A DNA stretch of 64,000 bases from the human T2T-CHM13v2.0 reference genome, Homo sapiens, in NCBI RefSeq assembly GCF_009914755.1, contig NC_060925.1; one strand, given 5' to 3'. The notes beneath the pieces are model-generated. The model worked only from the letters and a program-made list of their open reading frames with translations. It was not told where the DNA came from and searched no databases. Made by a program: the position numbers and the translations under genes. This document shows, piece by piece, positions 15,652 to 32,739 of the stretch. The stretch's first letter is position 1, and each line of letters starts with the position of its first letter.

Positions 15652-16226
15652 TGCCTCAGTCAGAGTTCTCCAGAGAAGCAGAACCAACAGAGATTATATA
15701 CCTATTGAACATATACAATCTCCTATTGGTATTTATAATATGTTATAAATAAATGTATATGTATATAAAGAGGTATATTTGTATTGGCTCACAAGATGAT
15801 AAAGACTATAAAGTCCCACAGTCTGTCATCTGCAAGCTGGAGATGCAGGAAATCCAGTGGTGTGGGCTGAAGGCCTGAGAGCTAGAGGCTGGAGGGATAG
15901 ATTCAAGGCCAAGTCTGAGGACCTGAGACCAGGAATGCTGGGGGCAGTAGATGAAAGTCCCAGCTCAAGTAGTCAAGCAAAGTCCAAGTTCAACCTTCCC
16001 TCTGCCTCCCTTTTGTTCTATTCTGGCCGTCAATAGATTGGATGATACCCACCAACATTGAAGCGGGGATCGGGGGGGCATCTGCTTAACTCAGTCCACC
16101 AATTCAAATGTCAAGTGCCAGTTTTTTTCCCAGACACCCTCACAGACACACCCAGCAATAATGTTCAACCAACTATCAGGGGATCCTATGTCCCCATTAA
16201 GTTGACACATAAAATTAACCATCACA
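15652..16226 (-). mobile_element. MLT2 (ERVL) solo LTR
   Basis: AGTCAGAGTTCTCCAGAGAAGCAGAACCAA...GTTGACACATAAAATTAACCATCACA termini. Confidence 0.85.
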
Positions 16227-18153
16227 CAGAGTGAGGTATTAATTTTACATTTTAAAGTAAGATTTTGTATGCAAAATTCTTTGAAAATGGGATAGTAGAA
16301 TACGATTTTAAGGTACTGTTATTACTGAGATATTAGCTTGCTCTAGAAACCCCTGGAGTAGTCTGGATCAGCGTTCGGTGCTTTTCAGGTACGAATGGAG
16401 AGATCAAAGTCAGAGATTTTTGACTTCCAAAGCAACCTGAGCACTTAGGGCTGAACTATTTAAAGCCAGCACCACAGAGGGAACAGCAAAGGTGGAGACA
16501 ACCTGCAGAGTCCAGGCTTTTCAAAGGAAATAATGAGCTATTCAGTTAGCATTCTGTGGGCTTTAAAAAATGTGGCAGGGGGCGGGGGGAATGTTAGTTC
16601 AGCCACTACTACTGAAAAATGCTCACTGTTCAACTTGCCTGCTGCAATTTAAGCCGCCAAATAATTCAGAGCTGCTACAGATGCTGGAGTCAAGAGTGTT
16701 TCAAAAAGCATCAGCTTCCCCAGCTCCTAATCACATTTTAAAATAAAATTGGAGCTTTCAACACAGCCCGGGAGCTGTTCCTTATATTCTTCAAGGACTT
16801 AGACATCCACCCTGGAGCTACTGGACCTTTGTCCATGTCTGGTTTTGAATCTTCTTCCATTCCTTTGGCACTTGCAGCCTAGTAGGTGAAAGGTGGTGGG
16901 TTTAGCTGGTTTGGATTTTAGTGGGAGCCCCCCCTCTGCACTGAATTGGGAAAAATCTAGTTATCAAATACAGGAATTGGGCTCAATGAGCGTACTGCAA
17001 GCACTTACTAAGAATCACTATGACCCCAGCACTGTATTGTTGCATTAGTGGAGACACCAAAGTGCCCATGGCTTTCATAGTGAGAGGTAATAAGGGATCT
17101 TTAAGAGTAGGGAGGATTCACTGAAGGTCCTGGATGGATTTCTCCAGAGTCCCTTTTGGGAAGTTATGGCCTCAGGCCTCTGCTTCTCTGGCTATGCTGA
17201 CATGTTTTTGTTCATGGTAGAAAATTGTCCTGGTATTATCTATGCCCTGTCCTTATGATTTCAGCATCTGGTCTGGACTCTCCATCTCCCATTCCTTCTT
17301 TAGCCCATCTGCTCTTATTTCCCAGCAATTTAACCTATTCATTTCCTCTTCTTTGCTTCTCTTGTTCATTCTAGTTTCATCTCTGGCTTGACTTTCTTTG
17401 AATTCCTTTCTCACCTTCTAGCCAGGGACTAAGTTCCAACCTCTCTGTGCAACTCTATCACATTGTCCATAGGGCAAGAGCCTTCTGTGCTCAGCCATTT
17501 CTTTGATATTACTTCCTTCCTGGTAGTCAGGCATATGTTGGTTAGAGTAATCTCTCATAGCAAAAAGCTAAACCTTCACTCATAACCATTTGTTGGTAGA
17601 AGTTGAAAGGTGATGACCTTTTGGGAAAAGAATTCGGGATTATATATGAAGTTTTATTAAAATTATCACAACCTTTGTCCTAAGACTTCTACATTTAAGA
17701 CTGCACCTTAATACATTGTTTCTTAATAAATAACTATTTTACTAACACATAATCTAAAATAACGCGAATGTCTAAACATGATTAAACTTTTGAGCATGGT
17801 TAAGTAAACTTTTTGAAATGTAATGTAGCCTTTAAATATGTACTGCATAAATATTTCTTTAATGAAGGAATAACACTAAGGGTTGTTAAAGAGGTCAGCT
17901 GTTCATGCCTGATTTATTCCTTTTCAGTCTCCTATTGAAATAGCCATGAAAAGGCAGAAAACACAGTCTGAACGACACCAGAAACTAATGAAATCATTCA
18001 ATGATAGCATTCAAACTAAAGTGAGTTTCATGAAGGAAATATTCTGGGAGGGAGAGTGTCTGAACAAGGTAGAAAAATCATTCAGACACATGAAACGAAA
18101 CAACAACATTACACCTACACTTGGGATATAGAGCCCAGGCTACAACCAGATAG

Positions 18154-18500
<347 letters not shown>

Positions 18501-19429
18501 AAGAACGGATTTTTGAGACACATAAAGACACTACTTCCATTGAAGCTTCTCTCATCAGTAATTATTTTGTTTCCAACTTCTAACTTTCAGCAATATAAAA
18601 CTACTATAGCTGAAAGAGGGGCTTATGAATCGTGGCAGTGAAATATATTTTTACATAGGTAAGAGCTCAAAAACTATCCCACCCATGTATTCTTCCTGAA
18701 AAGGTTATTCTAAGGTACAATCTAGCTGACAGATACTGTGAAGCAAATGTGGGAACTCAAGAAAGATGAAGGTGGAGTAGGAAAGGATTGCAAGTACAAT
18801 TCTATCAGTTCACATACATAGTTATGTTGAAATATTAATTTAATTGTTTTGAAAAAGTGCTAAAGTAAAAATAATCTGGAAAGTGTTATACAACAAAAAT
18901 AATATCTAGTTTTATAACTTTATATTATGTTATAAAGATTGTGTAATGGTGAGCAGAAAGAAGTAAAATTGTACTAAATTCCTTATTTTACATTAATATG
19001 GGCTAGCTTTTATCAAAACTATTAGAATTATGAGAACAAAGTGATAAAAACATGTTTGACAATTCAAGAATATAAAAATGGACACAAATTTTAAATAATA
19101 GGAATAAAAAATTAATAGGGACTTTAATCGCTATCAATCAGACTTTAGTCTATAAAATCACAAATTAGTACCCCTTTCCAAGTGTTCATGCAACATTTAC
19201 AAAAATTGGCCATACACTACTTTAAAAAGAATGCCAATAAATTCCAAAGGACTTATGCCAAATGTTCTTTCAGCATTTATTTTCTCTTGTCAGCCTCTGT
19301 AACCCATATCCAAGTAAAATCACACCCACTGATGGTCTTCTGAAACTCAAAGGACATACCTTGCCTCATTTCTATACATGCCATGATTCCCAACATTTAT
19401 GGCTTGAGAAGCTTTGAGTATGGACACAA

Positions 19430-21930
<2,501 letters not shown>

Positions 21931-22036
21931 TATAAAAGAGTTATACACTGAGAGATATTAAGTTTATTACATGTCACTTTTACCTCAATTTTTAAAACAT
22001 GCTTTTTTACTGATGACACTAACTTTGATTATTTGG

Positions 22037-22420
22037 TATTATGGACAGAATTATGTTCTCACCCCAGAATTCATATGTGGAGATCCTAAACCCCAGTAGC
22101 TCAGAATGTGATTGCATTTGGAGGTAGAGTCTTCAGAAAGGCAATTAGGCTAAAATGAAGTCCTTTGGGTGAACCCTAATTCAATATGACTGGCGTCCTT
22201 ATGAGAAGAGGAAATTAGGACACAGACAACAGAGGAAAAAAACATGTGAAGGGACAGGAAACAGACAGACAGCTACAAGCCAAGGAGAGTCCTCAGAAGA
22301 AACCAACCTTGCTGATACCTAGATCTTGGTTCTAGCTTCTAGGATTCTTATAAAAAAAATATGTTGATTAAGTCATCCAGTTTGTGGACTTTGTTATGGT
22401 AGTCCTAGGAAACGAATACA
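22037..22420 (+). mobile_element. MLT1B-like solo LTR
   Basis: TATGGACAGAATT...GAATTCATATGTGGAGATCCTAAACCCCAG...TTTGTTATGGTAGTCCTAGGAAACGAATACA. Confidence 0.8.
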
Positions 22421-23244
22421 TATACATGTAAAGGGGTGATTGCCAGGTTTCTCTACACTTGTTATTTTTCCATTTGTAGATATAAGTATCATGTGGAGAG
22501 ATACTTCAAAACTATGTAAATATCTGTATCATACTTTTGCCCATGATCCAAAGCCAGGTCCTACTACACAATGGACTCCAGAAATAATAATGTTTGCACA
22601 TAAATGAAGATTTGACTTCCTATATCAATGTTTCTTGCTTGCAACAGCTTTCCAGCATCAGTGCCCTCCTACTAAACCCAAGTCCTACTTCACCCTAACA
22701 CCATGTTCAAGGAAAACTAAGGGTGAATAGGCCTGCACTGCTGCCTGGCTAGGAGAGAGTTCAACCCTTATAAGGGAAAAAGTTAATACTCTGATGGGCC
22801 TTTATAACTTCAAACACTCTGTAGAAGTAATGCATATAACTGATGTCTAATTGTTCCTTTCACTACTGCAAATAGGTCTGGTATTCTCTGAAGCACATCT
22901 CAATATTTTTCTGCACTTTCATATTTTGATTCAGATATTTTCATTCTCTTTCAGTTTATCTAGTATAAATCTTACACTGTTATTTGCTATCACTTTAGCC
23001 TAACCTATGCCAGAAAACATTTACTAAATATGACCATTTATTCTAGAGAGAGATAAGTTAATATAGCTTGTATGCTATGTGTATCAGTTCTCTTTTTTCC
23101 ACTGAGATAGCATAAGAATGAGGAAGTCTTTTACTTTTTAAGAATTGTGGTTGAGCAACAGAAAGAATGTACTATCGAAGCTGTGAGACTGTAATATATG
23201 AACAATGTAGGACAATACAGATAAAAAAGTGTTTCAATCAGAAT

Positions 23245-23400
23245 TGAACCAGGAGTCACATATTTGAGTTCCAGCATTAACTTCATCATTATTAATTGTA
23301 TAATGTTGGACCAATCACTACACCCCTCTAAGCCTCAGTTTCCAATCCATAAAACAGGAAAAGTAATAACTCTGTTTGCTTTCCTGTAAAATATGTGATG
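23245..23400 (+). mobile_element. MIR
   Basis: Core CTCTAAGCCTCAGTTTCCAATCCATAAAACAGG. Confidence 0.6.
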
Positions 23401-23489
23401 GGAAAAGAGGGATTTACATCATGCCCAAGGTGGTTTCAGAGACCAAAATAATGTCCCAGCAGTGCTTGGAAAACAGTCCAGTGCTATAT

Positions 23490-23760
23490 TTTTTAAAAAT
23501 TTAATTTTTACAGGTATATAGTAGCACATTATGAGGTATGTAAGATATTTTGCTACAGGCATACAATGTGTAATAATCACATCAGGGTAAATGAGGTATC
23601 CATCACCTCAAGCATTTATCATTTATTTGTGTTACAAACATTCAAATTATATTTAGTTATTTTCAAATGTATAATAAATTAGTGTTGATTTTATTCACCC
23701 TGTTGTGTTATCAAATACTAGATTTTATTCATCCTATCTAACTGTATTTTTGTACTCATA
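23490..23760 (-). mobile_element. L1MA 3' end fragment
   Basis: TACAGGCATACAATGTGTAATAATCACATCAGGGTAAATGAGGTATCCATCACCTCAAGCATTTATC. Confidence 0.8.
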
Positions 23761-25034
23761 TACTAGTTCAGTGCTATTTAAATGAGAGAGTTTTCCGTGT
23801 GAATTGTTGTTGCTGTTTTTGAAATAGAAAGCAGGGTCTCACTGGTGTATAACCCAGCTTATGGTCAGGGCATGGATTCAGGCTTCTCTTTCTCTCTTCT
23901 AATCTCAGAATTCAAGAGGAGAGAAGAGTCCCAGTGCCTAAGAGAGACCCTGAGTTCTATTTCCCCATTCCTAGCCCACAGCCTCCGGTTCACACACCAA
24001 TGCTACAGGAGTTTTTTTCTCCCCAGGGGCACAGTGGACAGTGACTAGAGGGGTCCCCTCCCCAACTTCATGAAGCATAACTCATTCTTGGGTGGGCTAT
24101 TTTCCTCCCTGACCATTAAGCCTGATATCACAAACCAACACAATTTGTAATTAATTTAAAGGTTAAAAGCTTTAAACCAAGCAAGAAGCAGTATTCACAG
24201 TATGTGAAGATGCTCAGGATTAAAATGATTTGTGTAACAGTTCCCCTACTCAATTAGCCCTGTTAGGTTGTAGCTACCACCTAATAAAAGTTGAAAGCAA
24301 GGGCTTTCCTAACACTGCATTCACTTTCAGCCCAGCAGGAAAAGGCATCTTTCAGCTGGGAAGCTACTGAGTTACAGCGGTTGCTTTGGGTAATGTTATT
24401 CTAGTACATTCTAACTCAGAGGTGTTAGCTATCTTATGCTAAAAAAAATGTTATAAGAGGATATTTAAGAAGTCTATAAATCAGTATTCATTGTGGCACT
24501 AAAGATGCTAATTTTTAAGGAGGATAATGTATGGCATTTTGCTAGAATTCTATATGACCATTTTACTGCAACAGAGTTGTGGAGATAAAAAGAGTTGTTG
24601 CATTCATTGACTCTAACTCTCATTTATGAAGGGAAATGCACTTGCATATCTTTTACCAGAGGAAATGTAATTGTTATTCATGTTGAGAAAGAGGTTTATT
24701 AGCAATTTTATCATAAAGATTCAGATAGAAATAAAGACATTTGGGTTATTACAAGATATTAATTATGAATGTCAGCCAACTACAGTACTAGGTTTCTTTA
24801 CGGTATAAGATGCAAAATTATCTGCTGATTTGGTGGCTGCTTATAAACACAGCAGCTTTGGTCTGAGTTCAAGATTTTCATCACATGTATAAATACCCAT
24901 ACAGTGTTCAGATTATGCCTGTATGTTTCTAAGTATGAGGGATCCATAGCCAAGATTCCTTAATTATAAGCTGTTTCATAAAGTTCCTTGTTTTTGTTTT
25001 CCTTCTAAGTGACAATAGCATTTTAGAGTGACTA

Positions 25035-25800
25035 TTCACATTTATTCATTCAGCAGGCATTTATTGAGTGATTTCTGTTTCTAGGAACTCTGTTTAGATC
25101 TGGGAATAAATTTATTAACAACAGAGACACAGTTTTAGCCCTCATAGGGCAGGAAAGACAGACAAGGAAATTGCAACATGCTGTGTTACTTAGTATGATA
25201 TGGATGTGCAGAGCACTAGAAAGATTCTAGAAGGGGCATCAGACACAGGTTTGGGGGTGGTCAGAAAAGGTTTCAAAGGAGGATCTACATACAAGCTGAG
25301 ACATAAAGGGTAGATGATAATTGGTTAGGCAAAGAGAGAGTAGAAAACTATTTTAGGTGGGTATTAAAATGTGAAGAAGGGTCTGAAGGGCAGAAAGAGT
25401 CAAGCAGCAGCTTAAAAACTGAGGTTCGATATGTTGGGGGCATTGCATTTGAGTATGGCCTGGGAAGAAATGAGACTGATGGAGATAGGCAGGAGTTGGT
25501 CTAATAAGAGAGTACATATCCTGTTAGGCGGTCTGTGTTCCATCCTATGAGTTTGAAAGATTTTAAGCAGGGTAGTGAAATGATCAGATTAGCTGCAATG
25601 TTGGAAATGGATTGGAATGTGACAAAACTAGTAGTAGTTAGGAGGCTATTGCAATAAACCAGACGCAAGTGGGAAATTTTGTGGCATAAAAGATTATGGC
25701 TTTTATTTTCTGCATGAACTGGAAAGAGAATATATGAGAATGAGATGAAAGGAGAGATGGTGTTCAAAGATTTGAGAATAGTAGGGAACAAATTGTAACT
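25035..25800 (-). mobile_element. L2 LINE fragment
   Basis: TTATTCATTCAGCAGGCATTTATTGAG (reverse of L2 3' end); TTTTAAGCAGGGTAGTGAAATGATCAGATT. Confidence 0.7.
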
Positions 25801-26471
25801 AGGGAAACAGAAGGATTGGTGGGCAATCCTGAGGGTCCCACTGGTGATGCAGAATATAAATTTATAGTGGCATCTGTATCATTGCATGATTTTCTTCATG
25901 ATATTCAAAAGTACATATGTAATACGTTGCTAGTGGGCAGCTGAACTCATGGATCAAAAGACAGGAAGAAGAGATGGACAACGGAATCTAAACTGAATAA
26001 GAAGCTAAAAAAATACAAAATGGGGCTAAATGATAGGATGGAAATAGTGAGGTCCAGGATTCAAGACCTGAGATCAGACAACATGGAAGGATTAAGAGGA
26101 GGGCCAGCTAAAGGAATGCATAAGGCATTGATCTATCACAAAGGTTAGCACATCACTGATGACTTAAATGCCACTGGAAATACACTAGATAGACAAAAAT
26201 TTTAAATTTTAGATTCTTTTCGGGGAGAATCCTAAATGCGTTTTGAACCTCTGCGAGTGAGAAGTCTGAAGGGTGAAAGGGATATAATCCATTTCTGCTT
26301 ATTTCCTGTGTCTCTCCTTTGTCTTTTGGTCTCTTCCTGTCTGAGATGCTAATTACGGTTTATGAATCTACAGGGCCAGGGCTGGTACAGGGAAAAAAAG
26401 ATAAGGGAGCAAGAAAAGTCTTACTGGACTAATATTATACTAAGATGACATTAGTGCTCTCTGAGCTTGGC

Positions 26472-26621
26472 AGATAGATAGATAGAATGGATGGATGGAT
26501 GGATAGATAGATAGACAGACGGATGGATGGACAGACGGATGGATAGATAGACAGATGGATGGATGGACAGATGGATGGATAGACAGACGGAGAGATGGAT
26601 GGATAGATGGATAGAGGGATG

Positions 26622-26667
<46 letters not shown>

Positions 26668-26698
26668 TGAGAGAGAGAGACATATATATCTATATATA
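26472..26698 (+). repeat. Compound (TAGA/TGGA/CAGA/CGGA)n microsatellite plus (GA)n and (TA)n
   Basis: Direct reading; ends in a long pure GATA run at ~26622-26664. Confidence 0.97.
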
Positions 26699-26983
26699 AT
26701 ACTGATTCCTTCTTCCATGGGATGCTCGGTGGAATTTTCAAATATACCTCCTCCCCATCATAACACTGAGGATCTCTTACCTCCAGTTCTCTTAACATAG
26801 TCAAATGTATCTCCTCTTGTTAGCCAATTATGATTCCTTCCCTCATCTGTGAACATCCAAAGGTACACATTCAACCTCTTACTGCAGAGATCTCATTGCA
26901 CCTCCAGGAGTCTCCTGGGAAATATCACCTATTGTTCATGTGGCCATATCTAGTTCATGAGCAAATGCACAATCTGGGTTGGC

Positions 26984-27420
26984 TGTGATAGCCATGGAGG
27001 TGTTCTACTCAGATTTCCCTTAAAAGAAACTGCTGTGACTAGCATAGCTGAGCTGCTGCAACTTTGTATTCATTGAGGAATTTATCCCAGGCCATGCTCT
27101 CCTGGGCTACTCCTGCACAAAGACTGAGCATGGCCAGGTTACTAGAAAAGAACCAGTACTACCTGATGCAGAATTTGTCTAATGGGCAACCTCAGCTCAA
27201 GGGCTCTCCATCGGCCTCGCTGAGGCTTTCTCAGAACTAAGCAGCAACCTCAGGCTCTTCCTACTAAATTCTTCCTTCTCTCTCTCCTTTCACAGGTATT
27301 AGACATGGGGGAAGGCTCTTGTTCTCTGTTCCTTTGTCCTTCATAGGTGGTTTTCCATAAATATCTTGCACATTTGAGCCCATCTTGGCATCTGCTTCTT
27401 GGAAGACCTTAATGCCATAG
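26984..27420 (+). mobile_element. LTR16-like ERVL solo LTR
   Basis: TGTGATAGCCATGGAGGTG...ATAAATATCTTGCACA...CATCTTGGCATCTGCTTCTTGGAAGACC. Confidence 0.6.
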
Positions 27421-27556
27421 TTACTTCCCAACAGTAATTCTACTTATCCTTTAGAATTCACAGGCTCTACTGAATTCTTTTAGAATTCAATCCATTATGG
27501 ACTCATTCTCCTTACCAAACTCTACAAATAATCTTCTGTCTTAAGAGCACCCAGGA

Positions 27557-28081
27557 TGTGTTTTCATTGGTACGGTAAGACATGCAGACATGGAAATGAC
27601 CATCATGGAGGAAGAAGTTTGTTATACTCACAGATTGCCAGACACAGGAGGCACAGTAGACCATGCAGGGCCACAGGGAAATACTAGGGTTTGTCAGAGG
27701 CAGAGGGAATGAAATGGAGAAGCAGCCAAGAGTCTTTATTGTGGTTTCTGCAGGAAAGAGCCATCAGGAAGGGTAAGCAGATTTAGGATTAATTAGTTTA
27801 AATGATTTCAGCAGGCTGGTGTGGAGAGGCTGTAGCTGTCTGGCCCAGGCATGATTAGGGCAGGGGAGTAGTGCCCCAGAAGATGAGAGTCTGATAAAGA
27901 AGGCACTTGAGGGCATGAGCTCTAGATTTGTGGGTTTGCGTATGCAAGGCATGGTCCTAATTGAATTGTTTGCTACCTCTAGGAATTAGCTAGCCCTGGG
28001 AAAGACAGTCCCTCCAGAGTTAGCAACACCCCAAGATGTCAAAGATAAAAATGCAAAAATTAAAACTCCATGATTAACACA
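27557..28081 (-). mobile_element. Old LTR (MER73/MER74/LTR53-like; family uncertain)
   Basis: TGTGTTTTCATTGGTACGGTAAGACATGCAGACATGGAAATGAC...CATGATTAACACA with TG..CA ends. Confidence 0.5.
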
Positions 28082-29049
28082 ACTTTGAAGTCCTTCTCAC
28101 TTGTCTTTAGATGAAGGGTAAGTACTCTTCCACATCTATTCCATTATGTACATGTGAGTAAGGGTGATGGTGGGGGAGAGAAGCTCACAGCATTTCAACA
28201 AATTATCTCTCTATAAAAGTCCTTTTCAATTTCTTTTGGCCTCTCCAATCTCTTTTATAGACTGAATGTACAGGTAATAAAAATATGTTATTTTTTCCAT
28301 GAAACTGATTCTTGGACAGCTTCTATGCAAATCCCACATATGTGGTCTAGAACTTCTCTTTGCTCTTGAGCCATACTTGACAGAGTCCCATTTTTATATC
28401 CTATTAACACAGCTTTACTCTTGATTTCCCTATATCAGGTATGCTGTTTTCCACTTCTTTGAAAATCTTGCCTATTTTCAAAGTTTCAACTAAAATGTCA
28501 CTATATTTCTGAAGATTCCTTCAACTGCTCCAGCCAAATGTAATTTCACCTTCCTGCAAGTTCTCACAGATCTTTACTTCTCATTTTCATCTCTATATCA
28601 GCTTCTCTTAGCACTTGTACTGTTTGTAAGCTTGATTTTGTTTTGGTTTTGTATTAGGCAACATCATTGCAACAAGTCACACTTTGAGAACTCAAGAGAA
28701 TATGTTTGTTCTGAAAATCCAGGAATTATTGCCAACCCATGGTTGTCTCCATATGTCTTGGGAAAAATAGGAAAAGGATTTTTTGAGTTGGTGATTTGAA
28801 TCCAAGACACAAAGATTCAGGCTCTGGTAAAAAGATTGTATAGGCTATATTGGCTGACATAAAAGGTAAGAGCAAGAATGCAGAGGATTTCTATCAACAT
28901 AAAGAAGAGTCAAAGGTATGCGACTTGTTTGAGTACAAAGATTCTGAAGCAGAGGTACTGCAACTCCTTAGCATTTGCAGAAGCAAAGACTTGACAGTGA
29001 AAATTAATTGTCATAAAAATTTTTAAGGTAAAATAAAAAGAATACTGGA

Positions 29050-30545
29050 ACACTCATAAAGGCAAAATTGCTATTTTAAAGTTATCCTAAAAGATATCAA
29101 ATATTTTGATAAAGAGCTAGAAATTCAGATAATATGGTATAGGTGTAGTGAAGGAAAAAAAGTCAATGCACTACAATTAAGAGTTTAGAAAGAGATCTAA
29201 GCATATCTGAGACCTTGATATATGATTAGAGAAGATATATAAAATCAGTTGGGACCGAAATGATGCTGAAACACTTGTCTTTTCATATAAAAAATAAAAT
29301 CAAATTAGATTTTCATTTCAACCAAACTCAAAAACAAACTCCAAATGTCTATATGAATTAAATGTGAAAAAATATTTTAAAATATTAGAATACAATATAA
29401 GAATAAATAGCAAAAGCTTGAATAGGAAAGCATTCTTAACTACAATAATAAAATAGAAATCTTCAAAATTTCTGTGGACCAAAAGATACCATAAACAAAA
29501 TTAAGTTATATCACAACCTAAGAGAAAACATTTACAGCATATATAGCAGGCAAAACATTAATATTCAAAATATAATAACTTTACAAATCAATTTAGAAAA
29601 AGACAAATAGGAAAATGAATGAAAGATACAAAAAGGCAATTCATAGAAGATGAAGCCCAAAGAGAAGATAAATATTTAAAAAGTCCCACCTACCTTTAAT
29701 CAGAATTAAAATACTAACAAGATACTCTTTAGCCCCATCAGGTTGGCAAAGATATTTATGTCAAAGGTACCAAACTTTGGCAGGGAAAAGGAAAAATGAT
29801 AACTCTCAAACACTGCTGGTAAAAATATAAATTGGCACAACTGTTTTGAAGTACAATTCAGAAATATCTAGTAAAATTGCATATTTGTATAACCTATGAC
29901 CTGGAAATTCTACTTTTAAGTATATACCCCAGAGAAATTCTCCCTCATATGCAAAAGACGCTATCTTCAAAGATAGTCATTGAAGCATTGTTGGTTGTAG
30001 CATAAAAAAAAAAAAAACCAAAAAGTAGAAAAACTAAAATATCCATTAGGCAAAGAAAGGATAAATAAAGTGGTACGGGACATATTATACAGTAATTAAA
30101 AGAGATAAGGTAGATTATACCTATCTACCTATCTATATAAAATGATGCAGATCTGCTCATCATAATATTGACAGAAAAAGCAAATTTCAGTATGATGTTT
30201 AATGTATGATATAAATTTTATAAACTAAAAATTCAGTATGATGCCGTATATTTTTTATGAATAGATTCACATGCAGTTAAGGTTAAAAATATGGATTTGA
30301 TACATACATATCACTGTCACATTCACTGTCACGTTCATGATAGTGTCAACTTCTGTAAAGAAAGGAAGGACATTGGAAGACCAGGAGAACTGAGAAGACT
30401 TTAATTTTAGCAGTGACATATTCTTTTAAAAATAAATTTCTTAATCAAATGTGAAAAATATTTTAGTGGTAAGCACAAAAGTGTTATTGTATCACATTCA
30501 ATTTTTTATATTTAACTTTTTAAAACAATAACTTTAAAAGCTAGG
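29050..30545 (+). mobile_element. L1ME-type 3' fragment
   Basis: Degenerate ORF2 C-terminal motifs (ACTCTCAAACACTGCTGG, CCTATGACCTGGAAATTCTACTTTTAAG). Confidence 0.65.
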
Positions 30546-32739
30546 AAGAAAAAGGGAAAGAGGGAGGAAAATTAAAATAGCTTCTAGGGAAAATTACAGA
30601 AAAGAGAAGTGGCTTAAGGATTGGAATCTATATAAGAAAACTAGATAAAGATACAGGCACAAATATCACTAAAATTTTCCTTGAGTTCTTGATTATTTCC
30701 AAGAGTAGTTGGTTATCTGCAGACATATCTAAACTGATTTCCTAAATGCATAGTTTTTGATTCACATATCTGTCTGTCACCCACAGCATCTAGCACAATG
30801 TTTTACACATAAAAGGTGATATCTAGAAGTATGTTGACTGAATCAAATAAATCACCTTCTCATCAGGTTTCCCAAAAGGTGAAAAGATAATTTCCCCAGT
30901 CACTTAGAGGATTAGTTGCCCTTTTTGAAAAAGAGAAAGACAACCAGGAGAATGGCCTGGAATGGTGGACATTTTCCCAGAATGCTTTGAGGAGTCCCCA
31001 CCTGCATGACAGCTGCTCACACAATGGATCTTGCAGACAAATAAAGAAAATTAGCAAATGGGGAATGGGCCAAACCCTCTTCAATGCAAAGGGAGTAATA
31101 AAGATATGCTGTCTAACTCTTCCTGCCATAGATCAGTAACAAAATCTTATCTATGAATCACCAATCCTGGGTGGGAAATGCCAATCAACATTAATTTGGT
31201 GCTCTGAATGTCCTGGCAGGAGGGACAGGAGGCTATCCTGCTAAATCATATTTAAATTAGCCAAGGTGGGCAGCTGCCTCACAGATAATGCTGGTGGAGA
31301 ACAATGCAAGACAGATGATTTACCAATTAAATGAATCAAGCTTCCCAAACACTGATGGCCTGAGGACTAGGGTGCCATGTGTTTCTGCCAGACACAGATC
31401 TGTTTCCACAATCAAATTAGGCTTCAAGTTTATAACTCATATGTCTAACCCTCCGTACTTTGTCTCCCGCCCCCTACACACATACAAAGTAAATTGCATG
31501 TTAATGAACAAAGCTCAGACTTTCTCCATTTCTCCACTTGTCAAAATCTCTTTCACTTTCGCAACCAACAGTAAATCACACGTTCTGCTTGAACAGGCAC
31601 TCAGACAAAACCCCTGCCAAATGGCTATCATAGGAAAAAGGTCTTTGTCAGAGCATAGGCATTGTGCTTTTAAAAGGGAAAGATAGCCCACATGGAAATA
31701 GGAAGGCTTGCTCTGGCTATCCTTTTAAAAATACAACGTGTCGGGTGCAAACTAGAATTCAAAACTGAATTCAAGCACCAGCTTGCAAGGGAGAGCTAAG
31801 CCAATGAAAAGCTTAGGGGATTATGTAATAATAATAAGTAACATTTAGGTAGAAAAGTTTGCAGTGTGCTTTATAGTATCTCTTGTTTAGTCTTCAGAAA
31901 AGTGTTTAATATTTTTATTATAACCTTTGTTTTACAGATGGAGAATAAGAGAAGTTAAGTGGTTTTCCTAAGATCACATAATTAAGACTTATTAATAAAA
32001 AGTTTGATGCTCTTTCTATTATAACATAGTGTCTCTCCAAAATATTTTCTAATTCTGAAATTCTGTGAGTATAAATCTAAATAGCACGAAACAATGGAGA
32101 GGCTATTCAAGACCATTTATAGTTCCTATCACAAAAAAAGAAAGAATGAGAAGACAGGAGAGAGCAAAGAATAAAACAAAAACTGAAACAAAAAATAGAA
32201 ACAGAAAAGAATAAAAAAGAAAACAGAGCATTAAAAATGCATTCAGAGATTAAGAGAGATTTGTTCACCTTGATTTTTGCTCAAAAAGGCAGTCACACAC
32301 CAATTCATTTCTTTTTCTTTTTTTTGTAGAGACATAAAAGGCACACAATGAAATCTTAATAAATGTATTGGATGTTGCAGCATTAACTGATGAGCCAGAC
32401 AATGTAAAGACCTCAGACTACCAAATGTTTTGAAAGACGAATAGTGAATGTGAAACTGTGAACCAAAATAGATTTTTAGAATCCTTGAAAAAATAGAGCT
32501 AGAGAAAGTCTTTGAGACCATTGATTGCAAATATTTGAGTTTACAACTGAGCAAATGGAGAAAAGAGAAGTGACTCGTCAGTCCAACAAGTGGCAGAATC
32601 AGAACCAGACCCCAATGCTTGGGTCTTCTGTCCCTCCTGGCACCAAAGTCACCTATCATAAGTAACTTGAGTTTCAGAGGGGAAGGAAAAGACTACAATG
32701 TCCCAGCACTGTTCCAGACACTTTTTAGGGGACTCCAAG

